A stretch of 64,000 nucleotides of DNA. It comes from Eledone cirrhosa (Eukaryota). Positions 38,658-52,196 of this stretch are shown piece after piece. Positions within the stretch are counted from its first letter, which is position 1. Every line of letters starts with the position of its first letter. The notes under the pieces were generated by a model. It worked only from the letters and a program-made list of their open reading frames with translations. It was not told where the DNA came from and ran no database searches. Where the stretch lies: positions 358,298,001 through 358,362,000 of the forward strand of contig OZ024740.1 of NCBI GenBank assembly GCA_964016885.1. The letters are read 5' to 3'. The position numbers and the translations under genes are program-made.

Positions 38658-38685
38658 AAAAAACAAATTAAAAAGTATTTCTTAC

Positions 38686-38832
38686 TGTAATTGCCTGAAG
38701 TACTATTCTGCCACCACGTTTGTTCTGATAAGACATGAATTTTTCTGCATGCGCTCGTTCTTCATCTGAAGATTTCTTAAAAAATTTACAGAAACCAGGT
38801 AGGCTAATATCATCTCGATCAAAATAATATGC
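38686..38832 (-). CDS. FTH1: Ferritin exon 2
   Basis: gtcag|[49 protein letters not shown]|gtaag. Confidence 0.95.
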
Positions 38833-41800
38833 CTGACAAGAGAAAAATAAATAAAAATCAAATAAAATGATATAAATGGCAGCTGTAGATATTTGTAAAA
38901 CATAATTATAAATATGGTAAGGAAATAAGCAAATCTAAGATCATAATATTCAAACAATGAAGCCAGAATGCAATTTAATCATTCAGAATTCAAACCAACC
39001 AAAATTGGTCACCCTTTAGTCAGTGATACTTATTCAACGCAACATCATAATAAAACACTTCATTACCATCACTAAAGTATACTAGAAGTTAAATATTTCT
39101 TAATTTCATCATTATTTTTTTAATCAATACATCAACAATGGAATTATAAATTTTAGATTTTATTGAATGAAAATATATTCAGAGAATTATTTAAAAATTA
39201 AGTTAAATTAAAATTCAAATTGTGATTTCATTTATGTTATAAAACTATAAGAAACGATTTTTTTCAGGAATCAGCTTCATAGAGTAATTGTATAAATTAT
39301 GAAGAGTTTAAACAGAAAGATGTTAAACCACCATTTACAAATAACATCTATCAACTGTTAGTATGATATTAACCAATTAGGAAAGCTAAATTTAGAGCCA
39401 TCAATAGAGCATATACAGAACTGGCTGACCTACTAGAAATAGCAGTTCAATCTCTACCATTAAAAGGTAGAAGAATAATTGCGATTCTCCTTTTATAGGT
39501 GTCTAAAGATGGATTTTAGCTGACCATATCTATAGGATAAGACAAAGTTACAAATTGAAATGACTATTGATAAAACTGAAGAGGAATGGTTATGAAATTA
39601 AATATGACCCTCAATAAAAATTCAATAAGATATATAAAAAATAAGAATTAAAATCTTTATCAATTCAAATTTAATTTTCTCTTTTCAACCGAATTTTGAC
39701 TTGACTTTAGATATTCAATCTAAATTGTTGAAGTAATTAAAAATTCACTCCACCTTCATTTTGCTTTCAACTTCAATTTTAATTTCAATTTGTTAAAACA
39801 AAATGCAATGAATAACAGGCATAGCTAATGCTACTAATTGAAAAGAAAAAGATAAGGACATCCAACTGTAACATGTTGGCATAAACACTACATTTAAGAT
39901 TCACCCAGTATAGACAAGCATTAAGTAATGATGGCTGTACAAACAGAAAATAGCAAAAAAAAAAAAAAATAATAATAATAATAAATGAAATAAAAAATGT
40001 AGAAAAGAACAATGAGAAATGGTTAAGTTTGTAAAACATTGGAGCCTGTTAATAATTAGATGGCTGCTGTAGATATTAAATTTGGCTAGATGGTAAAACA
40101 AGCATTTAAAAAAAATTGGTTTGGAGAGGAGAAAGGCCTTCTATGACAAATTAAGATTACCATAGTTAATATTTTTCTTGACCAGTTAAAGATGGGCAGT
40201 GAGGGAATCTCAATGTTGATGTTCTGGGGAGTAAAGATTGGGTATTGTGGTTAGTGAAGGGGCCAGAAAGTGGATGTAACATGGGTAGGTAAATAAGGAG
40301 AGAGACAAGAGAGTGGAGGTGGCACCAGATTAGCCAACTTGGGAAGCAGAGACTGCTCAAGCAGCATAGAAGAAAAAGAATACAGCATGCCTGTGGGCTG
40401 GTGAGCAACTTTCTGCCAAACATGCAAATAAATAAAATCAGTAATGTCTACACTAGCTATGTCATGTCTAACCGATGCATGCGTGCATGGAAAACCAGAC
40501 ACTTTCTACACCTACTTGTGCTATGACAAAAAGCATCCAGTTCACCCTGCAGGGTGTTTGTGTTGGTGCCATGACTTAAAAAAAAAGCACACAGTTCCCT
40601 ATATTAGGCAGTAATCCTGGAGCCACAAAAAAAGCTTCCAGTACACATTGAAATGTGGTTGGTATCAAGAAAGGCATCCAGCCATACAAAACCAAGCCCC
40701 AAACAGATCTGTATGAGGAAGATGTGGTCACCTGAACTGGCTAGCCTCATAACATGCAATCTGTCTAACCAATGCAAACGTGGAAAATAGACATTAAACA
40801 GTGATGAAGATGATCTCAAGCTGGTGGTTGTCAACATTTTCATATTTCATTACCAGCTCCTTTTCTGGCCATTCTTAATCAATGAGTTTATTGCATTGTT
40901 AATAAAGGTATAAGTTTCCTCCCAGTGGAAAAAAGAGAGTCTTTCGTACCAGATCTACCATGTTTCATATTAATAACAGCCTTTTTTGTTACAGGTGAAA
41001 GTAAAAAGTTGACAATGTATCAAATATAAACATTTTAGTTATTTGCTGAAATGTTTTGATGATTTTCAAAGACAATCTCAAATATCCAGCTAGGAATATA
41101 TCTCCATCAGATGCCATAAAAATATTTAGAATATATACATAGTTATGTCAAGAGAGTCTGTGTAAATGGTAAGTAAACAAAGTTATAAGAACTAACTATG
41201 TTAGATTTACATCTGTGTTATTTTGGTAACTTTTCTAGAAGCAATTACATTTTATAAAGTTAAACACATGATAGAAAAAAACAAATGTTTGAAATACAAA
41301 GAAAAGAGTAAAGGTAATAAATGTCCTATAGAGAGTTAAGCATTCAGCCATTCATATTCAAATGTTTGAGAGTAGAGTACAATTTATAGTAACTGAACCA
41401 AACTGCCCAAGCAAAAGTGAGATATGGAAGTAGAAAGGGGGTAAATTTAATGCCAGGCATTAGAAAAGTAAATTGATAAAGAATATATTAGGTCACTAGT
41501 CTTACAACGAAGTGAGCAAGGCATAAAAATTGAAGCTTCAAAAATACCAGCAACGTTTTGACGATGATGTTTGCTAGTGTGTATACCAGTTCAACATGAA
41601 GAAAGAAGGATATTTGGCATGAGGACAGTAAGTCTTTGTAGTTAAGATGGTTGATGTTCGCTTGCCACAAAAGTTGACGAAGAACTTAGAAATTCCCAAT
41701 GGAAACCCATGAGAGTTATTTTTTTTTTTTTTCTAAAAATGAAATTGGAAAGAAAAAGGTATTTAAAATATGGAAATAAGTATTTGAAATTAAAAATTGC

Positions 41801-43527
41801 TTACAAATCACATTTGCTTTTGCTAATTATAAAGACTTTTATGTTACAGGCCTTTCCTGTCTATTTATTGCTAACTTGATTCATATCCTCGGCCATAGCT
41901 CAAGGAATTATATAATTACATTGTATAGTAACTGATAAATAGGTTTTATTGAAATATTTTCTTCAGCAATAAATTGAATTTCATGTAGCTGAAATCTCTC
42001 AAATCACAATGTGATGAAGACACCACTAAAAGAATAAATAAAACATCATATACTGTACACAGTACACCATATAATACAATAAGCTAATCATTAAAAAAAT
42101 CCACAAGAAATAGAATTGTTCAATTGACAGTCAGACCTTAAAATTGTTACAATAAGCTGAAAAAATGATTTTAAGTAGAGTTGACCCTAACATCTAGTAT
42201 TACACTTCCCTTATTTTAGTTGTATCTGCCAAATATTTTGTGATTATGAGCAAAGTATGGCTTTTAACACCCCATTAATGCATGAAACAGAGGTTATAAA
42301 CAGCAATAACTCATGACTGACTCAATCGATCATGTTGAAACATGTACGTGCAGCCAGTCATAACCAACACGCCTATATACACCAACGAGGTGCTGCGTTA
42401 CTATGTCGTACATGGGAAAACCAGTACCCTTACTTTTGGTACAAGCCACAGCTAGGCTTGTTTAGCATTGTAAAATAGGATTCAACCTAGCTTTCTTCAT
42501 CGCATTCGACTGTTGCGATTTTAGTGAAAACCAGTTAATGATGGATTAAAGATACTGGATCCGTTAAGTATTTGTAAGAAATAAACAGGCAAACTACTAT
42601 AAGCTTACTACAAAAAAAAAAAAAAAAGTGAAAGTAAAAGAAATCCGATGCACCGGATATTTTCTTCTCATTCGCTTCTTTAATCAAAACATCCGGTATT
42701 ATCAGGTTTTCCTTTTACTTTTTAAAGAAGGCTTATAGATTCTTTGACAAGGAATATACCACTTTTGAGAAGGTAAACACTTACTTTCATGGGCTAGTGG
42801 AAAAGCGAAAGCGTTGGATAATAGAAATAAACTATGTCTGAAAAGACGGGATCAGATGATTATGGCTAGAATGCATTCGGTCATAGCAACAACTGAATTT
42901 TATGCGATGTGTTAATTGCCTGTCAGTTTCGACGATGAACCTTTATTTGTTAACTATCTAAAGTATAAGAGGTTCCGAGTATTCAACAGACACAAATAGC
43001 GTGGAATTTCCATGTTGAACCAGCGTGACAAAACTGAACTTTGAATTCCTTATTTACTTCGTCAACTCAATTTCGCTCACAAGGTTTGGTTTGAAGATAC
43101 TAGTTCAAGATTCCACTCAATGGCATTGTACCTGGCATTTCATGATTGCGAAGTGAACTTCGATTATGCCTGCGTTCACTTTATATCACGTAAGATGTTT
43201 CCAAATGCATTTTCATGATGGCTATTCCAACTGTTAGACTACATAATCTCCCATCAAAACGGAACGATGCATGGTACTATTAGATCCACACCACTTACTT
43301 TCTGAAAGAGATGGGATGATTATGGCTAGAACGTTTTTGATCAAAGGTATGTTCGATGAGAGCAGAACAAGGACCAAACACTAACAGCAACGTAACGTGT
43401 TGTAAAAATTCAAACTGAACAGTGAATGCAATGTCAGCATAACAGACATATATTAGCAATAAGAATCTTTATTTGTCAGCAGTGTGTAGAAATAGTGTTA
43501 CGCAAACTAACCATATGCATGTTATAT

Positions 43528-43559
43528 ATACAAGTGACTATATATATAGTCACTTGTAT
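43528..43559. repeat. Perfect 32-bp palindrome centred on TA run
   Basis: ATACAAGTGACTATAT|ATATAGTCACTTGTAT. Confidence 0.9.
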
Positions 43560-45096
43560 TCCATAACTGTTTAAGATTAAATAATCATCAATCTTTGAAT
43601 GGACCTATGATGAAAGGCGCTCCAGTGTTCATTCTAAGTTGAGTACATACATTTACGTTTTGCAACCAGCAAACAAAACGTTAAAGCCTAAATTATATTC
43701 GTTTTAATGTAGTAATTGAGAATAGTCAGCAGATAACGGTCGTAATGTAACTAACACATCTAAGTAAAACGAAAAACTGAAACGTGAAATGGAACCAGCG
43801 AATTTTATCATTTTCAAATAAAAAGAAATTATTTAAAAATAATATCTAATGGCTTGATTCAATTATATTTTTGCACAAGTAAATGTATATGAAGTATATG
43901 TTTCTTATAAAAGCATATATAGAAAAAAAATGAGTACGCAACAGAAATAATTTCCTCATTCTCGCTTAGCGTTTCGGTTTTTCATATTTCTGAATCATTT
44001 CAGCGTGTTTATACATTAACAATTGTATAAATAATATTACAAATTATTTATAATTCTCTCGAAATGAAAATACATGCATAAGTAATATATACATTACTTA
44101 ATTACATAAGAATATAAAATCCAAACGAAAGAAAATATTACTTCAACACTTAAAGAGTCAATCGGTCACGCACCTCAAGGAGAGGGGAGCCTCTTTTTGG
44201 GACAAGCCAACACGCTCTCAGCATTACAACACGTCCAATAATGACTACTGAAAATTAGAGGGACCATTGGCTGCGACTATATCGTATATTTGGAACTATA
44301 TTGTCAATATACCGTTCCACTTTGAAAGCAATTAAAGGAACATCTGGCTGCTATTACTAGCAAGTGGGACAACTGCATAGTCACAAAGAACTTAGGGGGA
44401 AAATAAGTCAACTGCAAAAGCCAGCTTGCGCGAACAGAAAACTGTGCTACAGCGAATGATTAAAAGAGAATTTAAATATATTATAATCTTGCCGAATACG
44501 TGCGTAATTAGGGAATGTAAACATGCTCTCGTTTTCCTGAATTACTGGAACAAAGAAGTTTCGTTTTAGTGTGGATACTTTTTTTTTTTTCATAATAAAC
44601 GTGTTTTTTAAATATGTAAACATATTTATAGATTGAGAAAGAAAAATATGAGCATGAGGTTAAACAATTGCAGTATGTATTTGTAATGCTTTTTGCTAAC
44701 AAAACGCTTCATGTATTACGCACGATTCCGGCAATATTTGATATTTAGTCGAATAAATTTGACTATACATATTCAATACATTTCCCCCAGTTTATTCAAC
44801 TAAATATATAATATATATGCAATGGGCTGTTTAGCATAATCTAATCATTAAAATGAATGTTTTTAAACATTTAATTCTTAGCAAATATACCACTAATACT
44901 AGTATTTCAAACACTGGATAGATAAATAATAATAATAAAATAAGATACGATTTTTTAACATCAAAAATACACTCTGAGGAAAAATACTGTAAAGTACACA
45001 GACAACAAAAACAAAAAGCAAACGAATTATGTTAAGTCAGTGGCTCTAAACATGATTTTACGAATGCATAAGTCATAAAAAATGATTTTTACAAAC

Positions 45097-45195
45097 CATC
45101 GATTGATATACATAACTAGCGAATAGTTCCAAATTTATTTGTTTGTTAATAGCTGCTTCTGAATCAGGGTGATAATTCTGTCTGCTCAGGCTCAT
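45097..45195 (-). CDS. FTH1: Ferritin exon 1
   Basis: [33 protein letters not shown]|gtttgt. The four exons join to 174 aa with phase-0 introns at the same positions as vertebrate ferritin. Confidence 0.95.
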
Positions 45196-45371
45196 CTTGT
45201 ATATTTAAAAAAAAATATGTACCAAGAAAATTTGTTATAAAGAACACCACGAATCTTCCAAGAAAAAGTAATTAGAAATGACGCGGTGGAAAATTATTTT
45301 TACACACTCTATTTCCGGTGGCGCTATGTGACTAATTCTTTAATAACGGAAGTTAAAAAAGTATAGTAAAC
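45196..45371. promoter_or_regulatory. Bidirectional promoter shared by ferritin and NUP54
   Basis: 176 bp between divergent ATGs. Two oppositely oriented ETS-like sites (ATTTCCGGT 45311-45319, ACGGAAGT 45346-45353). Confidence 0.7.
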
Positions 45372-45591
45372 ATGGCGTTCAAATTTGGTACAACGCAGCC
45401 GTTTTCTACACCGTCAATATTTGCGGCAACAACAACGACCCAGTCTTCGGCCCCTAGTCTCTTTTCAGCGTCCACTGCTGCTCAACCGTCTGCAGCACCG
45501 AGTATATTTTCATCAACGACCACTGCTGCTGGTCAAACAACTACCACAAACTCTTTTACATTTGGCATTCCAGCTTCAACTACCTCTTCGG
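45372..45591 (+). CDS. NUP54: Nucleoporin p54 exon 1 (FG/T-rich N-terminus)
   Basis: MAFKFG...SFTFGIPASTTSS G|gtaaaa, phase 1. Confidence 0.85.
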
Positions 45592-45939
45592 GTAAAAATT
45601 TAATTATTTTTATTCTTTGATAATTATTGTTAATTTAGTGCCCTCCAACCACGTTTTCTAGTTTTTTGTTTTACCTGTTGTGTTTAATGTTATAATTTAA
45701 TCCTCTGTTATTAATTATATTATGGCTTATATCGATGCTAAGCGATTCTCCAAGAAATGAATGAGATGCGATTTTCATTTAAACCACATGATGAGATTTA
45801 TTATCACCCTCACTTCAAATCTTACTTTTTTGTATTTTCGGTATTGTACATATTTTTGTAGTTCGGTTCTGTCATATAAGCCAGTAAATTTTGTCTTTCA
45901 TACTTTTGAGCACAGGTCGATTTAATCAACTTTCCGCTC

Positions 45940-46126
45940 CTTTTGCAGTATCAGTACAGGGTCGGACGCCATGCTTTGACGCATAGAGTTACGGCCCTTG
46001 CGATTCTGAGTTCAAATCCCGCCGAGGTTAACTTTGCCTTTCATCCTTACGGGGTCGATAAAATAAAGTACCAGTAATGCACTGGGATAATTTCTGGCCT
46101 TGTACCAAAAGTAGAAACAATTATTA
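45940..46126 (+). mobile_element. Deu/Nin-domain-like SINE
   Basis: Near-identical to 3011-3192. Confidence 0.82.
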
Positions 46127-46599
46127 CTGTGTTGGGCCGCATCTTGGAGGTCAGATCAGTTGGTAGAACAATAAAAAAAAGCTGAGGAAAAAATTGCAAT
46201 AGAAGTTGGCGATCTATAATAATACAAGTGTTTGTTTCACAACTCCATTACGTAATGCATTTTTACAATTTCATCTGTTTTATAGTTTCAACAAGTTTCT
46301 CGAATTTTTGTTTACTTCCTGCCACTTCACATGTTTGGAGTTGTTGAAAGTAAGAGAACTTTGTATAGGGATTCATAGAGTACAAGAGGGACGGAGAGAC
46401 AGCAAGTGAGAGTGAGAGCAATACAGCACAAGTCTGAAATAAAATTTCAGTCTTACGTAAGATTGAAAGAAAAAAGTATAAATCAGAAAAACGTGTGTTT
46501 GTGTGTCTGTGCGCATGCGTGTATGTGTCGGGAGTATTTATGTATTAAAATGTTCAAATTATAAAAAAATACTGGAAATATTTTTTCAAGGGAGTGCAT

Positions 46600-46780
46600 A
46601 AATAATTGTTTCTACTTTTGGCACAAGGCCATCAAATACCCAGTGCATTACTGGTACTTTATTTTATCGACCCCGTAAGGATGAAAGGCAAAGTTAACCT
46701 CGGTGGGATTTGAACTCAGACCGCAAAGGGACGTAACTATGCTGGAAAGCATGGCGTCCGACCCTCTACCGATATTGCCA
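46600..46780 (-). mobile_element. Deu/Nin-domain-like SINE
   Basis: Reverse complement of the same family, inverted relative to the 45940 copy. Confidence 0.82.
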
Positions 46781-46869
46781 AGCCACATAAATAATACTAG
46801 TAAAAATGTAGTAAAAGAAAAAAGTAACTGTTTCATTGTAAAATAATCACTCCAGATATGTTAGCACCT

Positions 46870-49297
46870 TATTTATGTAGAATTTGAATTTGGTGAAAAT
46901 TCGGTTAAATATCTAGGGCGGGTAAAATTCCCAGCGATCCATGGACGAGTTTTCTCCAGCAGTCTCTGTCCCTCATTATTGCTGCCATGTCCCGCGTCTC
47001 CAAGAGACCAGTGTCTGTCCTTAGGGCATCCATGTAGGGGCTCCCACAGGAGCACTGAGTGCAATGTCAACTTTGGATGTCGGTGAACATGTCCAGCTAA
47101 CCTCAGTCTCCTCTGTGTCACTTTTGAGCTGACTTTTGGGAGGCTCCCATACAGCTCTGAGTTCTTCATCCTCAGTGTATACTGATTAATGTTCAGAGCC
47201 ATCCTCAGCATTCTCGTGTAGCACCCATCCACCATCTGAGTGAGTTTCTTGGTCAGTGTCCAAGTCTCAGACCCGTACAGCAGCAGAGCCTCCACTACAG
47301 CAACAAAGAGGCGGATCTTCAGGTCTTTATGAAGGTTCGACTTCTACACCGATCTCAAGCTGTGGCACGCCGTCCAGGCTTTGCCCTTCCTCTCGACCGC
47401 ATCACCTTCCGTATTCCCAATCTTTGCTCCCAGTTAAAGGAAGTTCTCAACCAATTCTAGCGGCTTCCCGCCTACATTAGTAATCTTCTCTGGCTTCTTA
47501 ATATTCTCTACCAGATATTTCGTCTTAATCTCATTCATTCTCAGCCCCACACTCATCAACATAGTCTCCACCTCCCGCATCAAATCCTCTGCCTCCTTCA
47601 CTGTGTGTTTGTCACCAAAACTATGTCGTTGGCAATTTCAGCATCCAATATCTTTTTCGCCTTAACTCTCCTGCTCTGAGCCGGTGTTACAGTAAAGCCA
47701 GAGTCCTGGTGTTTCTCCAGCGCAAGGCACATACAATAGTCCACTGCGATGATAAAAAGGTAGGGAGCCAATGTTTCTCCCTGGAGAACTCTAGCCAGTA
47801 TCTCAAAGAACTCTGTCATCCCATCAGGTGTAATGACTTGGGCTTTGGTGTTGGCGTAGAACAGTGATATCAGGTCCACTATCTTGGGGATTCCATAAGC
47901 CTGTAAGATCTTCATCAGGCAGTAACGGTCCACAGAATCAAAGGCCTTCCTAAAGTCAATGAAAACCATGACCACAAGAAGGCATTTTGCTCTAGCTCCC
48001 TCTAATATCCTCCTCAGCATCAGGATGTGACTGGTGGTTGATCTTCCCTCTCTGAAGCCGTTCTGGTTGTCCCTGAGCTTCTTCTCCATCTCGGGCTGGA
48101 TCCTGTTGAGGGTCTTTGCCACAAGTGACATTAGTGAGATCCCCCCTGTAGTTGTTGGTGTTAGAGAGATCTCCCTGCTTTGGCACTGGGACAATGTTAC
48201 TGATCCTCCACTGATTTGGGGCAACTCCTTTTTTCAGTGCCTGGTTACAGAACTCCAGGATGATATCATCAAAATCTCACCTCTTCATCACCTCTGATGC
48301 CACTCCATCTTCTCCATGAGCCTTGCCCTTCATTGATCTTCTTGGCTCTCTGAAGGGCCCTGTCTCAATATCCAGTTCTTCAAACATCCGCCTGATCTCC
48401 CCAGTGTTCTGAGCTGTGGAGGGCGGCTCTCCTAGTAGGATCTATAAATAGTCCAGCCATTTCTCCTTCCTATCCTCGGGCCCTGTTCCCTGGATCTGAC
48501 TCGAACACCTCTTCCTCCCTGTGATCTCGTTGATGATCATCCAGCTCTCCTTACATCCAGACCTGCCAACCGCTCTCTCCACACTTCTGATCTTCTCTAT
48601 CAGTGCCTCCTCTCTGGCCTCAGTGTAAGCGGTACCGAGTTCTTCCCTCATCACCTCCACATTCTCCATCCTCTCCTCCGTAGGATCAGCATAGAATTGG
48701 TCCTTGGCAGCTTTCAGGTGTTCTCTGGCTGCACACACTTTTGGGTCTGCAGAACTGACGTGCTTCCTTTTGTTCTCTCCTTGGCACCAGGGTCTCACTT
48801 GCTTCCGCCACTGCATTGGTGAAGTACCCATATCTCCTCAGTCCATCCAATCTCTCTCTCTTCTGTCTCTCTACACAGCACTGAACCTGTTCCTCACTTC
48901 TACTGTGAACCTCTCCTGTAGTTTATCATCTTCCTTGAAAGCTCCCAGTCATGAGCCGTGCTCTTTCTTAAGGTCACTTGGACCTCACGCATAACAAGCC
49001 GGTGGTCACTGCCCAGTGTACTGAAGTAGTTGTATGGTTCTGTCTTTCAGAACACTATTCTGCCACTTTTTCCTCACCAGAATGAAATCAATCTGGGACT
49101 TGGATAGGTGGATATCTGAGATGTAGGTCCACATCTTCCCTGGATTATTTCTAAACCTTAGGTTGGTTACTATCAAGTTCACCTCCAGCAGGGTGTCTCT
49201 CAGTAGTCTTCCATTTCGGTTGGTGTTGTTATGTACCAGCAAGGATCTTCACTGCTCTCCTTATTAAGATGTGCATTGAAGTCCCCCAGAACAAGCA
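46870..49297 (-). mobile_element. Decayed RTE LINE (different family, no PHD finger seen)
   Basis: APE remnants (GDFNAH, NRNG, SQIDFIL), RT NQNGFR, FIDFRKAFDSV, VLQG.TLAPYLFII, LLYGSETW, RRLRLAGH. Many frameshifts. Confidence 0.88.
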
Positions 49298-49299
49298 GG

Positions 49300-49391
49300 T
49301 TAAATATTGACCCCCAATATAAGTCGACCCCCATTTTACCATCAATTATTTGGTCACATATTCCTCAGCTTATTTTCGAGTGTATACTGTA
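49300..49391. mobile_element. pogo/Tc2-like terminal remnant
   Basis: TATAAGTCGACCCC..CTTATTTTCGAGTGTATACTGTA resembles Tc2/pogo TIR plus TA. Confidence 0.4.
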
Positions 49392-51060
49392 AATAATCTA
49401 GACCAGTCCAAAGCTTTCAGTAGGGCCGATCATTGGTACTCCGAGGCTGTATCAAGAAGCAGCTGGTTTTGGTTCCATTTTCAGAAGCTGGATTGCTACA
49501 ATGCATCTTATTGAACTATTTCACATTAAATGCTTGGTCTTTCTAGGATTCCTCCTATTTTGATGTTCATCTTGACTGAGTTACAGTCCTGCATCAAGCA
49601 CAGACCGAGGTTGGGTGCCTGCCATATAAAATGCTGCTGGGCTGTCATAACATCTTATCAACTGGACAATGTGATCAGCCTCTGGAAATGCATACTTTCT
49701 AGAGGGGATTAGTGGAGGATATGGACAATGATAACTTGGGAACAGTCCTGAGCATCAACGAGGACAGTTTGAGTTAACTCTTTTGGAGGACTTTCAGGGT
49801 TGGTATTATGGACAATTTTCAAAATCTTGGCGTGGCAGTGCTACAGGGGATCATTACCAGTTCATGACAAGCTCTAAAGTCAGAGTAGTGTCAACAGCTG
49901 AACTTGTCGCACATGTGCACACAGGGTGATGAAATGCTGCTGCACAGTGTCCATGCTTTACAGGTTTGTGGTTTTGTCAAACAGCTGCTATTGCATGCAA
50001 GTTAGATCTGTCTAATAGCTGAGTCCATTATGTAAACTGAACTGCCACCCTTTAGCACCTTTGGCTATGGTAAAAAAAGGCTGTATGGTGGACGCATCTA
50101 AAATAAAAGGTTTGATGCAACCTTTCCCTCTTTCACTATTCCCTCATTAATTTCGTCAAGTACCAGCTGAAGAAGGAGGTCTACCTTCTATTATTTCATG
50201 AAAAATGGATGACAGGGGTAAGATTGAAAAGTTTACTATGTATTTCTAAACATTAGCAAATAAACTGGAATTAGGGTTTTTCTTTTGGGGAAGTTTTTCT
50301 TGTAGACTTTATTATTTTTCTTTGTATTGTTATTGTTATGTCTACTGTTTTTTTTGTTGATTTCCCTTTACTTGAAGTAAACCCCACTTTGTGTTGTATT
50401 GTCATTTTATTGTCCTCATTCTTGTGTGTCCTTGTGGCTAGTAGAAAAAAAATATCATTCTTCTTATTTTCCCATAGCTCATAATAGAAAGGTTGTCAAG
50501 CTCAGTATATTTAAAATTATCTTTATTACTAACATTGTGTGATGAGTGTGCATAATTTTTCCAAACTGGGATCTCTTTATCTGCTAGAAATGTCAAATTT
50601 CCCCAACAAAACACCCTACTATCTTAAAAATAGAACATATTGAATAATGTAGTCCTAGATACACTTGGCAGTAGTGTATCAGAAGAAATGCCTTGTGATA
50701 TATATTTTGGCTCCTTGGTTTCTTGCCAAAGCCAATTATGTTTTCCATTCTTCCAGGGTCGATTAACAAGTACCGCTCAAGAGTAGTGGACTGATGGAGT
50801 TGTTAGAGCATTAATAGAAAGCTTTGTGGCATTTATGTTCTGAGTTAAAATTCCTCTGTGGTTTAATTGGAGGTAGACTTACTCAATAGCTTGACTCAAC
50901 ACCACCACCTGATCCTTGGATGTCTTTAGCAGAGTACACTCTTTTATGAGCCTTTGAGCCAGGTCTCCAGTTTCAGGTTATCTTCCTCCCTCACTCATTC
51001 ACCAGTTTTGGAAGCTCCTGGAAAATATTTTATACTACTATTTTATACATACTATTTTAT

Positions 51061-51402
51061 GGAGGCACATGGCTTAGTGGTTAGAGCATTGGCCTTGCAA
51101 TCAAAAGGTTGTGAGTTCAATTCTCAGACCGGGTGATGTGTTGTTTCCTTGAGCAAGGCACTTTATTTCACATTGCTCCAGTTTACTCAGCTGTAGAAAT
51201 GAGATGATAGGGACTGGGGTCCCTATCATTCCACTGTAAAGTGGTCGTGGAGGTGCCACGGCAAAAAAGCACCCAGCACTCACTGTAAATGAGGTTGGTG
51301 TTAGGAAGGGCATCCAGCTGTAGAAATCAAGCCAGAATCAGTTCCCGTCCCACCCTTGCAAGCAGGGAAAAGTGGACGTAAAATGAGATGATGATGATGA
51401 TG
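51061..51402 (+). mobile_element. tRNA-headed SINE with RTE-derived tail
   Basis: Near-identical to 24518-24851. Ends in (GAT)n. Confidence 0.82.
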
Positions 51403-52166
51403 ACTACAGTGTGGAGAAAGTGTTGCAAGTAAGAGTAGTCAACTGACTCAACTTACCAATTTTAAGATCTTTTGCCATCGGATAATTGTATCTGCAATAT
51501 TCTTTTGGAGTTCATTTTTGTGAATGATTAAATAGAAGCAAATTGTATGTCTGGTTAAGAATTTCAGATTACTGAGTTTAAATCAACCTTAGTATTATTT
51601 TACTGTTACCTATGTTTTCAACTCCTGAGAGATAACACAATGTTGGCTCCAGTGGAATTTGAACTCAGAACATAAAAGAACATAGCTAAATTTAAATATT
51701 AAAATATCTATAGACCTCTGATGGATTTCAATCCTTTTTACTAGCTTGTAGTGATTTTGCATCCTTCATTCATATGAAGTCTACTCTGGTGTAATGATCA
51801 AACTCACTGAAACATTGTTTAGACAGTAGATGGTCTTGCTGCAAGTAAACTTTACACCAATGTTTAGTATAATTTCATGGTTCCTATTTACAACCAAATC
51901 GATCAAGTTAATAACAGTTGGGGCCATGGCACAGCATTTAGTACTGACATCTTGCTCAGTAGTCTAACACCTTGTTGACTTGACTATACTATATACAAAA
52001 GTATGTTTAAATCTTTATTGATTTTAGTCCAAAGCTACTTCTCTCTCCATAACTGAACACAATCTAAATATATCAGAATTCTGATTAATTTCTTTGGTAG
52101 TTGGTGCATATTTTTGTTGAATTTTGATTTTTTTTTTTCTAATTAATCATTTTTTTCTTGTTTCAG

Positions 52167-52196
52167 GATTAAAGGGATTTTCCACAGGAACTTCTG
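52167..52196 (+). CDS. NUP54: NUP54 exon 2 (30-nt microexon)
   Basis: tttcttgtttcag|GATTAAAGGGATTTTCCACAGGAACTTCTG|gtgagt, encoding GLKGFSTGTS, phase 1-1. Confidence 0.7.

Noticed and set aside
42385-42415. TGCTGCGT..CGTAC resembling a mollusc ferritin IRE stem
   Set aside because: It is on the strand opposite to ferritin, intronic, and lacks the CAGUGN loop.
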